From: Candidatus Omnitrophota bacterium
Lineage (GTDB): Bacteria > Omnitrophota > Gorgyraeia > B26-G9
Reading direction: 5' to 3'
NCBI GenBank assembly: GCA_043826565.1
Contig: JBDRPX010000004.1
Span: 103,604 to 167,603, forward strand
DNA length: 64,000 nt
Positions within the stretch are counted from its first letter, which is position 1. Each line of letters starts with the position of its first letter. Below are positions 52,558 to 62,190 of this stretch, one piece after another. The position numbers and the translations under genes were made by a program. The notes beneath the pieces were generated by a model, which did no database searches, was not told the DNA's origin, and saw only the letters and a program-made list of their open reading frames with translations.

Positions 52558-53625
52558 ATGGCAGATATAGGAGAACTGTTACAGCTTTGTATTAATCAGA
52601 ATGCTTCTGATTTACACTTGACCGTAGGAAAGCCGCCGACGATTCGGGTTGACGGGTCGTTAATGAGCATGAATTATGAGCCGCTGGCGCATGAAGATAC
52701 GGAAATCCTTATGAAATCTATTACCAGCAGTGAAAATCAACGCAGGGTTCAGGAGGTCGGAGGAGTTGATTTTGGTTTTGCTTTTGAAAAAGTAGCGCGT
52801 TTTCGTGTTTCAGTGTATAAACAAAAAGGCCATTATGGGATGACCTTGCGGTTAATCCCGACTCATTTGCTTAGTTTTCAGGAAATTGGTTTGCCGACGG
52901 TAATCCGTGATTTGCTTTATCGTCCGAGAGGACTTGTTCTGGTAACCGGGCCGACCGGAAGCGGTAAAACAACGACATTAGCAACGATGACTGATTTTGT
53001 TAATACCGAAAGAGACTGTCATATAATTACGATTGAAGATCCGATAGAGTATTATCATACTCATAAGAAGGGGATTGTTACGCAAAGAGAAATCGGGGTT
53101 GATGTCCCGACATTTAGTGAAGGGTTAATAAGAGGATTGCGTCAGGATCCGGATCTGATACTTGTTGGTGAAATGAGAGATTTGGCGACGATTGAAGCGG
53201 CAATACTTGCCGCGGAAACCGGGCATTTGGTTTTGGCAACCTTGCATACAACAAGTGCCGCGGCTACCGTAGATCGTATTATTGATGTTTTTCCTCCTTC
53301 ACAGCAGGAACAGATCAGGACACAGCTTTCTACTTCTATTTTAGCGGTAATATCACAGCAGCTGATCGTCAAAGCTACCGGACGGGGCAGGGTTGGTGCT
53401 TTTGAGATCATGATAAGTACGTCTTCAATCCAGAATCTTATTCGTGAAAAGAAGACTTATCGCATTCCCTCTGATTTACAAACCGGAGCAAAATATGGTA
53501 TGAAACCGTTTGATACCTCGTTATTTGAGTTATATTCACAGGGGTTAATCCGGGCCGAAGATGCGGTGGCTAAAGCTTTTGATAAAGAGAGTATGCAGAA
53601 AAAAGTACAGGGAGAGTATAAATAA
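52558..53625 (+). CDS. pilT: Type IV pilus retraction ATPase PilT
   Basis: ASDLHLTVG.PP, GPTGSGKTTTLA, QREIGVD, LRQDPD, AAETGHLV, SIQNLIRE (AIRNLIRE-like). Confidence 0.95.
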   Translation: MADIGELLQLCINQNASDLHLTVGKPPTIRVDGSLMSMNYEPLAHEDTEILMKSITSSENQRRVQEVGGVDFGFAFEKVARFRVSVYKQKGHYGMTLRLIPTHLLSFQEIGLPTVIRDLLYRPRGLVLVTGPTGSGKTTTLATMTDFVNTERDCHIITIEDPIEYYHTHKKGIVTQREIGVDVPTFSEGLIRGLRQDPDLILVGEMRDLATIEAAILAAETGHLVLATLHTTSAAATVDRIIDVFPPSQQEQIRTQLSTSILAVISQQLIVKATGRGRVGAFEIMISTSSIQNLIREKKTYRIPSDLQTGAKYGMKPFDTSLFELYSQGLIRAEDAVAKAFDKESMQKKVQGEYK

Positions 53626-55332
53626 GTGAGAGTGGGATTAAGATTTAAAACAATAGGTGATGTCTTAAAAGAGCGCGGTTTGATTGCGGAAGAAGAATTG
53701 CGCGAGGGGCTTGAACATCAAAAAGTGAGCGGCCTTTCTTTAGGGCGCATTCTGATTAATCTGGGATATATTACCGAAAGGGATCTCTTAAATGCTTTAG
53801 GAGTCCAGGCGAATATGGATCCGATTGATCCTGCTCATATACAGATACCGAAGGAAGTCCTTGATAAAATTCCCGGGGCAATTGCTAAACTATATAACAT
53901 CGTACCGGTTGCTTTTGAGGGGAATACTTTGGTTATTGCAACTTCCGAACCGCTGAATTTCAGTATCTTTGATGATTTAAGGTTTATGTTCAACTTTAAT
54001 ATCAAAGGTAAGGTGGCTACTTATACAAATATTTCCCGGGCGATCAAAAAATATTACGGCAGTGAAGCGGATAGTGTAGACGAAATATTTTCCGAGATCA
54101 GTAAAAAAATCCCTAACCTGCTTGAAGGCGATGAAAAAATTGAAAGTATCGAGGAAATATCTTCGCAGCTTCCGATCGTTAAGCTTATTAACATTATTCT
54201 TATTCAGGCAATAAAAAAGAAAGCTTCCGATATCCATTTTGAACCTTTTCAGGATGAATTTAAGATCAGGTATCGGCTTGACGGGATGCTCTATGATATT
54301 GTATCGCCTCCGAAAAAACTGCATCTGGCGATTACTTCCCGAATTAAGGTCATGGCTAATTTAAATATAGCGGAAACGCGTCTTCCCCAGGACGGCAGGA
54401 TATTTGTGCGTATTGGCGGAAGAATGGTTGACCTGAGAGTTTCTACTTTGCCGACTATCTTTGGAGAAAGCGTAGTTATCCGCATTTTAGATAAAGCGAC
54501 GGTTCAGCTTTCTTTGCATGATTTAGGATTTGAGAATGATGTGCGGAAGAAAGTAGAAGGGCTGATAAAAAAGCCGTACGGGATTATTTTGAGTACCGGG
54601 CCTACCGGCTGCGGAAAAACCACGACACAGTATTCCTGTTTAAGTAGTATAAATAATGTTGCGCTGAAAATTATCACGGTTGAGGACCCGGTGGAATTTG
54701 ATTTGTCGGGGCTGGTGCAGGTTTCTGTGCGGCCGAAGATCGATCTTACTTTTCCGGTTGTGCTGCGGCACATTCTCCGGCAAGATCCGGATATTATAAT
54801 GGTCGGGGAAATAAGAGATGCGGAGACCGTACAAATGGCGATCCATGCTTCTTTAACCGGCCATCTGGTTTTTTCTACTCTACACACAAATGACGCGCCC
54901 AGTGCGGTTACCCGTCTTATTGATATGGGAGTTGAACCTTTTCTGATCGCTTCTGCGGTGGAAGCTATTTTGGCGCAGCGTTTGGTAAGGGTTATTTGCC
55001 CGGATTGCAAAAAAGAATATACGCCTACTCAAAAAGAGATAGAGGAATTGAATCTGACAACGGAATTCTGGAAGGGGAAAGCATTTTATTCGGGAACAGG
55101 TTGCGAGAAATGTAATAATACGGGATATAAAGGAAGATCAGGAATTTTTGAACTGATGGTTTTGGATGAAGATATCCGTTCCTTGATTTTAGACAGGGCG
55201 TCTGTGTCGGATCTAAGGAACCAGGCAATTAAAAACGGCATGCGTACTTTACGCGAAGACGGATTGTTGAAAGTTTTTCAGGGGATAACAACTTTAGAAG
55301 AATTAATAAATGTAACGACGGGATACGCATGA
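53626..55332 (+). CDS. pilB: Type IV pilus assembly ATPase PilB with MshEN-like N-terminus
   Basis: GTG start right after the pilT stop; IGDVLKERGLI...LEHQ...LGRILINLGYI...LGVQ; GPTGCGKTT; LRQDPD. Confidence 0.9.
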   Translation: MRVGLRFKTIGDVLKERGLIAEEELREGLEHQKVSGLSLGRILINLGYITERDLLNALGVQANMDPIDPAHIQIPKEVLDKIPGAIAKLYNIVPVAFEGNTLVIATSEPLNFSIFDDLRFMFNFNIKGKVATYTNISRAIKKYYGSEADSVDEIFSEISKKIPNLLEGDEKIESIEEISSQLPIVKLINIILIQAIKKKASDIHFEPFQDEFKIRYRLDGMLYDIVSPPKKLHLAITSRIKVMANLNIAETRLPQDGRIFVRIGGRMVDLRVSTLPTIFGESVVIRILDKATVQLSLHDLGFENDVRKKVEGLIKKPYGIILSTGPTGCGKTTTQYSCLSSINNVALKIITVEDPVEFDLSGLVQVSVRPKIDLTFPVVLRHILRQDPDIIMVGEIRDAETVQMAIHASLTGHLVFSTLHTNDAPSAVTRLIDMGVEPFLIASAVEAILAQRLVRVICPDCKKEYTPTQKEIEELNLTTEFWKGKAFYSGTGCEKCNNTGYKGRSGIFELMVLDEDIRSLILDRASVSDLRNQAIKNGMRTLREDGLLKVFQGITTLEELINVTTGYA

Positions 55333-55427
55333 AAATAAGTCAAAACTTAAAAGAGTAATACAAAACAAAAAAGTATTTTTTAATAATTTAGAAATATTGT
55401 ACTTTAATAAAGTGATATTTGTATATT

Positions 55428-55584
55428 TTGTTAACTATATATTTTCTCATAACGGCACAATTTTCCCGTACCGGGCGCGAAAAATCAGCTAAAAATCACC
55501 TCCCGGACTGACGGGCTCGGCAATTTTCTTAACGCTAATTTTTTGCTAAAATTGTGAGTTGTTCAAAACCATATAGATTAACAA
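55428..55584. repeat. Long nested imperfect palindrome
   Basis: ttgttaactatat/atatagattaacaa, cacaatttt/aaaattgtg, aaaaatcagc/gctaattttt, central cccg-gactga-cggg. Confidence 0.65.
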
Positions 55585-55625
55585 CTCGGTTAACACATCT
55601 TTGTTATATTACAGTAATATTTTTT

Positions 55626-55670
55626 AATTTTGATTTGTCATTTTGACTTTTGCTTTTTGAATTTTGAATT
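55626..55670. repeat. Heptamer array (TTTTGAN)n
   Basis: attttgatttgtcattttgacttttgctttttgaattttgaatt. Confidence 0.65.
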
Positions 55671-55697
55671 AGTTAATAATAGGATATTTATAAAATT

Positions 55698-56942
55698 ATG
55701 TCATTATTCGATTATACGGCAATTAATAAAGAAGGCAAAGAAGTTACCGGAGAGCTCGAAGCTGTTTCTGTTTCCGAGGTTGTGGGGGTTTTACGTTCAA
55801 AACATCTTTTTTCCGTTGAAGTTGTTCCCGCGGGTACAGCAAATAAAAAGAAGAGGTTGTTGTCCGGATTTATCAGTAGGTTAAAATTGTTTTCTAAATC
55901 GCGCCGGATAAAACCGCAGGATCTTGTTATTTTCACCCGGCAGCTTGCCGTATTGATTGATGCCGGATTACCTTTAGTGCAGGCATTGTATACTTTGCAG
56001 CGGCAGGCACGTTTTCAGGAGATGAGTGAACTTATTGCTGAGTTGATTGACGCTATTGAATCAGGAAGAACTTTAAGTGACGCATTATCGATTTATCCGG
56101 AATCCTTTTCAAAAGTGTATATAAATATTGTAAAAGCCGGAGAGACCGGAGGTGCTTTGGATGTTGTATTGAAGCGTTTAGCTGATTATCTGGAAAGGAA
56201 TCTGCGGTTGCAGCAGCGTATTCATTCCGCTCTGATCTATCCGGCACTGGTATTGGTTATCGCCGTAATAATTTTAACGATTATTATTACTTTTGTTATT
56301 CCCAGCTTTATGGCTTTATTCGAAGATACGGGAATCCCATTGCCTTTATTAACGCAGGCAATCTTAAATATTACAACGTTTTTGCGGATGCGCTGGTATT
56401 TGTTTGCCGGGTTTTTGGTAATAGTTGTTTTTGGATATAATATATTATTGCAGAATCTTAAGTTTAAGTATTTAAAAGATAAAGTTAAACTTAATTTACC
56501 TGTTTTCGGAGCGCTGACAAGTAAAATAATTGCGGCCCGTTTTTCACGGACTCTGGCAACACTGATGAGCGGAGGTGTGCATATCTTACGTGCTTTAGAG
56601 CTAACCAAAGAAGTTAGCGGAAATTTAGTTATGGAAAAGGAAATTGATACGGTCTATGACAGTGTCCGGGAAGGCGGTTTTATTGCCAAGGTTCTGGAGA
56701 ACAGCGGAGTTTTTCCTCAGCTTATGGTTGATATGATTTCTGTGGGAGAAGAAAGCGGATCTCTGGATAAAATGCTTTCTAAAGTTGCGGATACTTTTGA
56801 GGAGGAGGTTGAAATTACGGCCAGTAGTTTAACTTCATTGCTTGAACCGGCGCTTATTGTGATCATGGGTGGTATTGTCGGCCTTATAGTTCTGGCCATG
56901 TTCTTACCTCTTATAAGTTTAATAAAATCGTTAACCATATGA
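55698..56942 (+). CDS. pilC: Type IV pilus platform protein PilC
   Basis: FTRQLAVLIDAGLPL, AGETGGALDVVL, ALIYP, GEESGSLDKML, LLEP. Confidence 0.93.
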   Translation: MSLFDYTAINKEGKEVTGELEAVSVSEVVGVLRSKHLFSVEVVPAGTANKKKRLLSGFISRLKLFSKSRRIKPQDLVIFTRQLAVLIDAGLPLVQALYTLQRQARFQEMSELIAELIDAIESGRTLSDALSIYPESFSKVYINIVKAGETGGALDVVLKRLADYLERNLRLQQRIHSALIYPALVLVIAVIILTIIITFVIPSFMALFEDTGIPLPLLTQAILNITTFLRMRWYLFAGFLVIVVFGYNILLQNLKFKYLKDKVKLNLPVFGALTSKIIAARFSRTLATLMSGGVHILRALELTKEVSGNLVMEKEIDTVYDSVREGGFIAKVLENSGVFPQLMVDMISVGEESGSLDKMLSKVADTFEEEVEITASSLTSLLEPALIVIMGGIVGLIVLAMFLPLISLIKSLTI

Positions 56943-57015
56943 AAATATTATAGTTACGAATTCCGATATACTTAAAATATTAGCTTTTAAATTCATTGGT
57001 TTGCGCGGGTTGCTA

Positions 57016-57044
57016 TTGACAAAATCATATAAATATGATATAAC
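57016..57044 (+). promoter_or_regulatory. sigma70 promoter for the pilM-secretin operon
   Basis: TTGACA-17 bp-(TGa)TATAAC. Confidence 0.75.
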
Positions 57045-57219
57045 ATAACATATACATTTTGAGTGAGTTAGAACTGGCCAGCAGTTCTAAGCAAAGAAGT
57101 CTTACCTTTAAACACCCTTTCAAGGAAGAGGGGGGAAGGAACTTAAAGGATTAGGCCATGTATAAATTTTTTGGCTTACCTATAAAATAATCAGGAAGGA
57201 TTTTCACTATAGGTGTAAT

Positions 57220-58818
57220 ATGTCTATTTCAGGAAAGCACTTATTTTTAGGAGTTGATATCGGGGCAAGTGCCGTTAAAATTTGCCTATTGAGCAAAGAG
57301 CCGGGAGGGCGTTTAAAACTGCTCAAAGCTGTCTGTGAAGAATACGGCAGTTCCTCAGACACCCTACCGCAATATCAGCCGGCAATGCTGGGGTATATTC
57401 TTAAAAAATTCCTGAGCAAAGAGAAAGTATTAAAAAATATCAAGACGGGAATTTCTATTGCCGGGCAAGCGGCTTTTGTCCGTTTAGTGGATATTCCGGT
57501 TACCGCGCCCAAAAAGCTGCGTCAGATAGTACTTTATGAAACTCAGCAGCAAATCCCTTTTCCGATAAAAGATGTTGTCTGGGATTTTCAGATCTGCGGC
57601 AAAGATAATAATCAGCTTAGTGTGCTCTTAGCCGCAGTTAAAAAAGAACTTATTACATCTATTCTTGATATTACTGAGGAATGCGGGCTGGATGTGGAAT
57701 TTGTTGATGTAAGCAACTTATCTGTATACAATAGTGTTCAATATTTTTCCCGAAATTTGCAGAATACGCTGATTTTAGACTGTGGGGCCAAAACAACTAA
57801 TATTATTGTTGTGGATTCTCAGAAAATATGGACAAGAAGCTTACCGATTGGCGGAGAGGATATTACCGAAGCCATTGCTTCTTCTCTGAATATGGATCGG
57901 ATAACTGCCGAAAGAATAAAAAAGGAAAAAGGCAAAATCCTGATGCTCTATTATGGTAAAGAGAACTACGAATCCGAAGAAGAAGGGAAAATTGCCGAGA
58001 CGATTACGAATGTCCTTACGGACTTAACAAATGAAATTGTAAATACACTTAATTTTTATCGTTCCCAAGCTGATTCTCCGATGGATTTCAGGAAAGTATT
58101 ACTTACCGGGGGAGTCAGCAAACTTGAAAATATTGATAAGTTTTTTGAAAACAGCTTATCTATTCCGGCAGAGAAAGTTGATTTTTTTAGTGTCTTAAAT
58201 GTTCATCCCGATGTGGATGTCCAGAAAAATGAGTTTTTAGGCGGAGCGATCGGCGCGGCTTTAAGGGGCATGGGCCGTTCTGCGGTAAACATCAATCTCC
58301 TGCCGCAAGAGCAATTGCGGATTAACCGGTTTGCTAAGAAAAAACCGTTTATTATTGCTTCGGTTGTATTTTTGTTATTAATTTTAGTAAGTTCTAATAT
58401 TTTTATTTTTAAAAAGTATTTTTTAAATAGAAGATATTTTGATAAAGTTGAGCTTGCCGTTACTCAATATCAGCGCAATGAAAAAAATCAGGAACAGATC
58501 CAGGCAGAGATCAGTGGTTATAATAAAAGAGTGGAGGATATGTCGCGGGCATTTGTGAATAAATATTCGGCGGTTAATACGATTGAGAGTTTAGCGCAAG
58601 CTATGCCGGATTCTATTTGGATAAAAAGTTTAACTGCGAACTGGGAAAAGGACAGCTTGGAATTACACGGATACTGCGAGGGGCCATTGGTAGAAATCGG
58701 AACATTCCAGGAGAGCCTAAAACAGAAAGATAATATTCTAGACGCTAGTATTGTAACTGTAGGTAAAGAAGAGGCCGGTAAGATTGGTTTTTCCATGAGA
58801 GTATCTTTGAGGAAATAA
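57220..58818 (+). CDS. pilM: PilM fused to a PilN-like domain
   Basis: LGVDIGASAVK, QIPFPIKDVVWDF, ILDCGAKTT, IGGEDIT, LLTGGVSKL, GAALRG, INLLP, TM helix, PilN-like domain. Confidence 0.88.
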   Translation: MSISGKHLFLGVDIGASAVKICLLSKEPGGRLKLLKAVCEEYGSSSDTLPQYQPAMLGYILKKFLSKEKVLKNIKTGISIAGQAAFVRLVDIPVTAPKKLRQIVLYETQQQIPFPIKDVVWDFQICGKDNNQLSVLLAAVKKELITSILDITEECGLDVEFVDVSNLSVYNSVQYFSRNLQNTLILDCGAKTTNIIVVDSQKIWTRSLPIGGEDITEAIASSLNMDRITAERIKKEKGKILMLYYGKENYESEEEGKIAETITNVLTDLTNEIVNTLNFYRSQADSPMDFRKVLLTGGVSKLENIDKFFENSLSIPAEKVDFFSVLNVHPDVDVQKNEFLGGAIGAALRGMGRSAVNINLLPQEQLRINRFAKKKPFIIASVVFLLLILVSSNIFIFKKYFLNRRYFDKVELAVTQYQRNEKNQEQIQAEISGYNKRVEDMSRAFVNKYSAVNTIESLAQAMPDSIWIKSLTANWEKDSLELHGYCEGPLVEIGTFQESLKQKDNILDASIVTVGKEEAGKIGFSMRVSLRK

Positions 58819-59552
58819 TGATAAAAGATAAATTGTTTTACAATAAATTCAGAAATACACTGGTTTTGATCACGGTATTAAGCATTGCGTGTATCAGTAT
58901 GGCCATACTGATACTAATGGGTTTATATATGAATCACTGTGTAACATTAAATACCGCGGGTATTGAAAAAGACCTACAAAAATATGTTAATGCTTACGGG
59001 GTTGCTCCGGATGAAGTTGTGGAAAAACAGGAATTTATAAAAAAAGATTTAAAACAAAAGTATGACGAGTATGCGGCAATATTTAGTTCTCAGGCCGAAT
59101 CAGAGCAGGTTATAAGTCCTCTGGTGTTTAAAGAGAGGCTTTTTGGGTACGAGGACAGAGTCCGGTCAAAAGCAGCCAAGAATGGAGTTCTCCTGCCGGC
59201 GTCTTTAGGATTTAAGGAATTTGAACTGGAGGTTCCCCCACAGTCTCAGTCTTTGATTTTAAGCCGGGAGCTTTTTGCCGCGGAAGAACTTTTGTTGTTA
59301 TTAATTAAAGATGGAATTTCTGCGATTAATAAGATAGAACTCGTCCATGAACTAAAGCAGTCGATCATAAGTACATTTCCGGTCAAGATGTCTTTTGATG
59401 CGGATTTTGAGGTAATAAACAAATTTTTTAAAGACCTTTCTGATTTAAATACAGTATATATAGTAAAAGAGATGACGATAGAACAGAAAGAAGATCATCC
59501 GAAACTGCTTACGGTTGGTCTGGAACTTGAGTATAACGAAATTCGGAAATGA
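58818..59552 (+). CDS. PilO-like / pilus-associated membrane protein
   Basis: N-terminal TM helix, coiled coil, LGFKEF motif, C-terminal ferredoxin-like region; start overlaps the pilM stop. Confidence 0.6.
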   Translation: MIKDKLFYNKFRNTLVLITVLSIACISMAILILMGLYMNHCVTLNTAGIEKDLQKYVNAYGVAPDEVVEKQEFIKKDLKQKYDEYAAIFSSQAESEQVISPLVFKERLFGYEDRVRSKAAKNGVLLPASLGFKEFELEVPPQSQSLILSRELFAAEELLLLLIKDGISAINKIELVHELKQSIISTFPVKMSFDADFEVINKFFKDLSDLNTVYIVKEMTIEQKEDHPKLLTVGLELEYNEIRK

Positions 59553-59553
59553 C

Positions 59554-60279
59554 ATGAAAACTATATTAAATAAAGATTGGGAAAAAATTAGTTTTATTAT
59601 TATGTTCCTGCTGATGATTGTGGTGATAACCTCATGCGCCCGGGCCGGAACTACTTATAAATTACATATTGATAAAAAAGAATCATTGCTCGGTAAAAAT
59701 GGCTTTGACTTTAATGATTGGCAAAAAGAGTATTTAGATACATCTCCGAGAGGACTAGAGCTTATTAAAGAGTCGATGCTTAAGCAGAGTGCTGAAGGTC
59801 TCAAAAGAAATATATTTACTAAGTTTGAAAAGCCCAAGGAAGTAGTTACAGATATTTCCGAACTAAACGGTCCGATATTTGAGCTTTTGGAAACCGGTTA
59901 CCAGATATTAGGTATTTATTATTGGGGAAGAGTAATTTTTGACGGCGGAGAGATTATTGCCCAGGTTAATTTTAAAGACCGTACTTATTTGGTTAAAGTA
60001 GGCTCTAAGGTTGGGCCTTATTCAGTGACTGCGCTTGAATATAATAGTATTATTTTAGAAGATGAGAATGCTAATATTATTGAGATTGAATATCGGAAAA
60101 CAGCATATAGCCAAAGCCGCATGGCTAAAATAAAAGAATATAATTCTCAGCGTACACTTGTCGTTAATAAAGATAGTGAATTGTTTGGATATAAGGTGCT
60201 TGACATCCAGGAAGATTATGTGTTAGTATCTGACCAAGTAGAGCACCTGAAGTTAGAGAAAGGAATGGTGCATAAATGA
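59554..60279 (+). CDS. Membrane-anchored pilus-associated protein (PilP/GspC-like position)
   Basis: N-terminal TM helix; RNIF motif and YLVKVGSKVGPYSV beta domain; lies between the PilO-like gene and the secretin. Confidence 0.55.
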   Translation: MKTILNKDWEKISFIIMFLLMIVVITSCARAGTTYKLHIDKKESLLGKNGFDFNDWQKEYLDTSPRGLELIKESMLKQSAEGLKRNIFTKFEKPKEVVTDISELNGPIFELLETGYQILGIYYWGRVIFDGGEIIAQVNFKDRTYLVKVGSKVGPYSVTALEYNSIILEDENANIIEIEYRKTAYSQSRMAKIKEYNSQRTLVVNKDSELFGYKVLDIQEDYVLVSDQVEHLKLEKGMVHK

Positions 60280-62105
60280 AACGATTTATCTTCATATTAA
60301 TCCTCTTGTCCTTGTTCTTCGGTTTGCAAAATTTTGCTTTTTCCCAAGGAGATTTAAGCGGTTTTGATCGTGAACAGGCTTGTGCTATTGCGCAGGAAAT
60401 CGCCCAGGAAAAAGCTTTTGAGCAGGAGCAGGACGGAGCTCAGACAAGCTATACCAGTGCGAAAAATTATACTTTGGGTTCAGACCGGAAAGTTGAAATA
60501 TTAAAAGAAGCGCAGCGCCGGGCGGATTTAGACAAAAAAGTTATTCAGCAAAAGAGAGTTCTGGATGTAGAAAAAGCATGGTTAGTCGATGAACCCGGGG
60601 TGACAACAACTTATACTCTTGAACGCAAAACATCGAGCCTGCTTAAAGAAAAAGCTCAGATAAAAATTGTTAGTATCGATTTTAGTGATGCTCAGCTTAA
60701 AAAAGTATTTGAGTATTTGTCTGATGCCAGCGGTATAAATATAATTTTTGATGAAGCTGCGGTAAACCGAGCCGGAAGTATTAGTATTCATGTTAAGAAT
60801 GTAACCGTAATTAAAGCCCTGGAGATGATTATCCGGACTAAAGGTTTGGGCTATCGTTTTGAAGAAGACTATATCTGGATCACCTCAAAAGATGGTATTA
60901 AAAATGAAAATATGGTTACTAAAATTTTTAGTCTTTCCCAGGGGTTAGCGACATTTACGACTTTTACGACTTTTGATACGGTAACAGTAAAAGCCTTGCG
61001 TTCAGATGGAAGAATTGTTATGCCGGGTGAGGAGAATGGGGAGGATTATCGGGGTAACGGTAAGGGCGTAAATACCTATGAAGGAGTAAAAATCGGCGGT
61101 TCCGGAGGAGTTGACGGAAAATTATCTCTAACGGTTAAAGATGTTTTAAAAGAAATCATTCCCTGGCCCGAAGGCAGCAGTATATTTTTAGACCATCGTA
61201 CCAGTACATTAATTGTGCGTAATACACCTACGAACTTATCTATGATCGATCAGGCTTTAGAAGTTCTTGACGTAGCTCCTCCTCAGGTTATGATCGAAGC
61301 GCGGTTTGTGGAGATCGGAGATGATGACCTGTTTTCTTTAGGGTTAAAGCTTTCTTCAGAAGTTAGCGCAACGGGTGCTAAACAACCGAATTCTTATCCG
61401 TTTAATAGGAATGAAAGTAATAAGTTGGTTAGCCCTTTTCCCGCGGCAAATGCAGAAGATTTTTCTTTTGGTACTTTAGATTTTTCTCAATTCCAAGCGG
61501 TATTATCGGCAATAGAACAGAATGATAGCAGTAATACTTTGTCTTCACCGAAAATTACTACGATCAGCGGACAGGAAGCGATTATTAAAATTGTCAAAGA
61601 ATATCGTTATCCGACGAAATATGACCTTCAGTCATTTGACATTGTGGTTAACGGAGAATCCCGGACCCAGTATCTTTCTGTACCGGCGGATTTTAAGACC
61701 AGAGATATCGGGATCATTTTAAAAGTTACTCCAAATATTGGAACTGACGGAAAAACAATTAATTTGACCTTAGTTCCGGAAGTAAGTGAGTTTGATATTA
61801 CCGCGGATATGTACAATTATGGGACCGCGGATAATCCTTATTTACAGCCGTTTTTTTCCGTACGCAATTGTACTGCCAGCATTGTGGTCAATAACAATGA
61901 TACGGTCGTTATGGGCGGTTTAATGAGAGAAGTAGAAGAAAATACGATTGACCGTGTGCCGATTTTAGGCAGTCTGCCGCTAATCGGCAAATTATTCAGC
62001 CGAAAATATGAAAATAAGCAGAAGAGAAATCTGCTGATATTTGTTACTGCGCGGGTTATGGCGCCTACCGGCGAAACCGTGCAGAGTGCTAAGAATGTCA
62101 GATAA
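60276..62105 (+). CDS. Secretin (GspD/PilQ family)
   Basis: Signal peptide, N0/STN-like domain, LIVRNTPTNL, PQVMIEARFVE, LSSPKITT, GIILKVTP, VMGGL, VPILGSLPLIGKLF, LLIFVTAR. Confidence 0.93.
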   Translation: MKRFIFILILLSLFFGLQNFAFSQGDLSGFDREQACAIAQEIAQEKAFEQEQDGAQTSYTSAKNYTLGSDRKVEILKEAQRRADLDKKVIQQKRVLDVEKAWLVDEPGVTTTYTLERKTSSLLKEKAQIKIVSIDFSDAQLKKVFEYLSDASGINIIFDEAAVNRAGSISIHVKNVTVIKALEMIIRTKGLGYRFEEDYIWITSKDGIKNENMVTKIFSLSQGLATFTTFTTFDTVTVKALRSDGRIVMPGEENGEDYRGNGKGVNTYEGVKIGGSGGVDGKLSLTVKDVLKEIIPWPEGSSIFLDHRTSTLIVRNTPTNLSMIDQALEVLDVAPPQVMIEARFVEIGDDDLFSLGLKLSSEVSATGAKQPNSYPFNRNESNKLVSPFPAANAEDFSFGTLDFSQFQAVLSAIEQNDSSNTLSSPKITTISGQEAIIKIVKEYRYPTKYDLQSFDIVVNGESRTQYLSVPADFKTRDIGIILKVTPNIGTDGKTINLTLVPEVSEFDITADMYNYGTADNPYLQPFFSVRNCTASIVVNNNDTVVMGGLMREVEENTIDRVPILGSLPLIGKLFSRKYENKQKRNLLIFVTARVMAPTGETVQSAKNVR

Positions 62106-62190
62106 TTATCGCAGAATCCGGAATCTAAATGGGGGCTCACGCCGTTAAAAATTAATCCTCTTAGCTAAAGAGACAACTATTCCCTGGTTA

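Noticed and set aside
54504-55010. 168-aa antisense ORF within pilB
   Set aside because: Antisense shadow of a conserved ATPase core with no independent coding signal.
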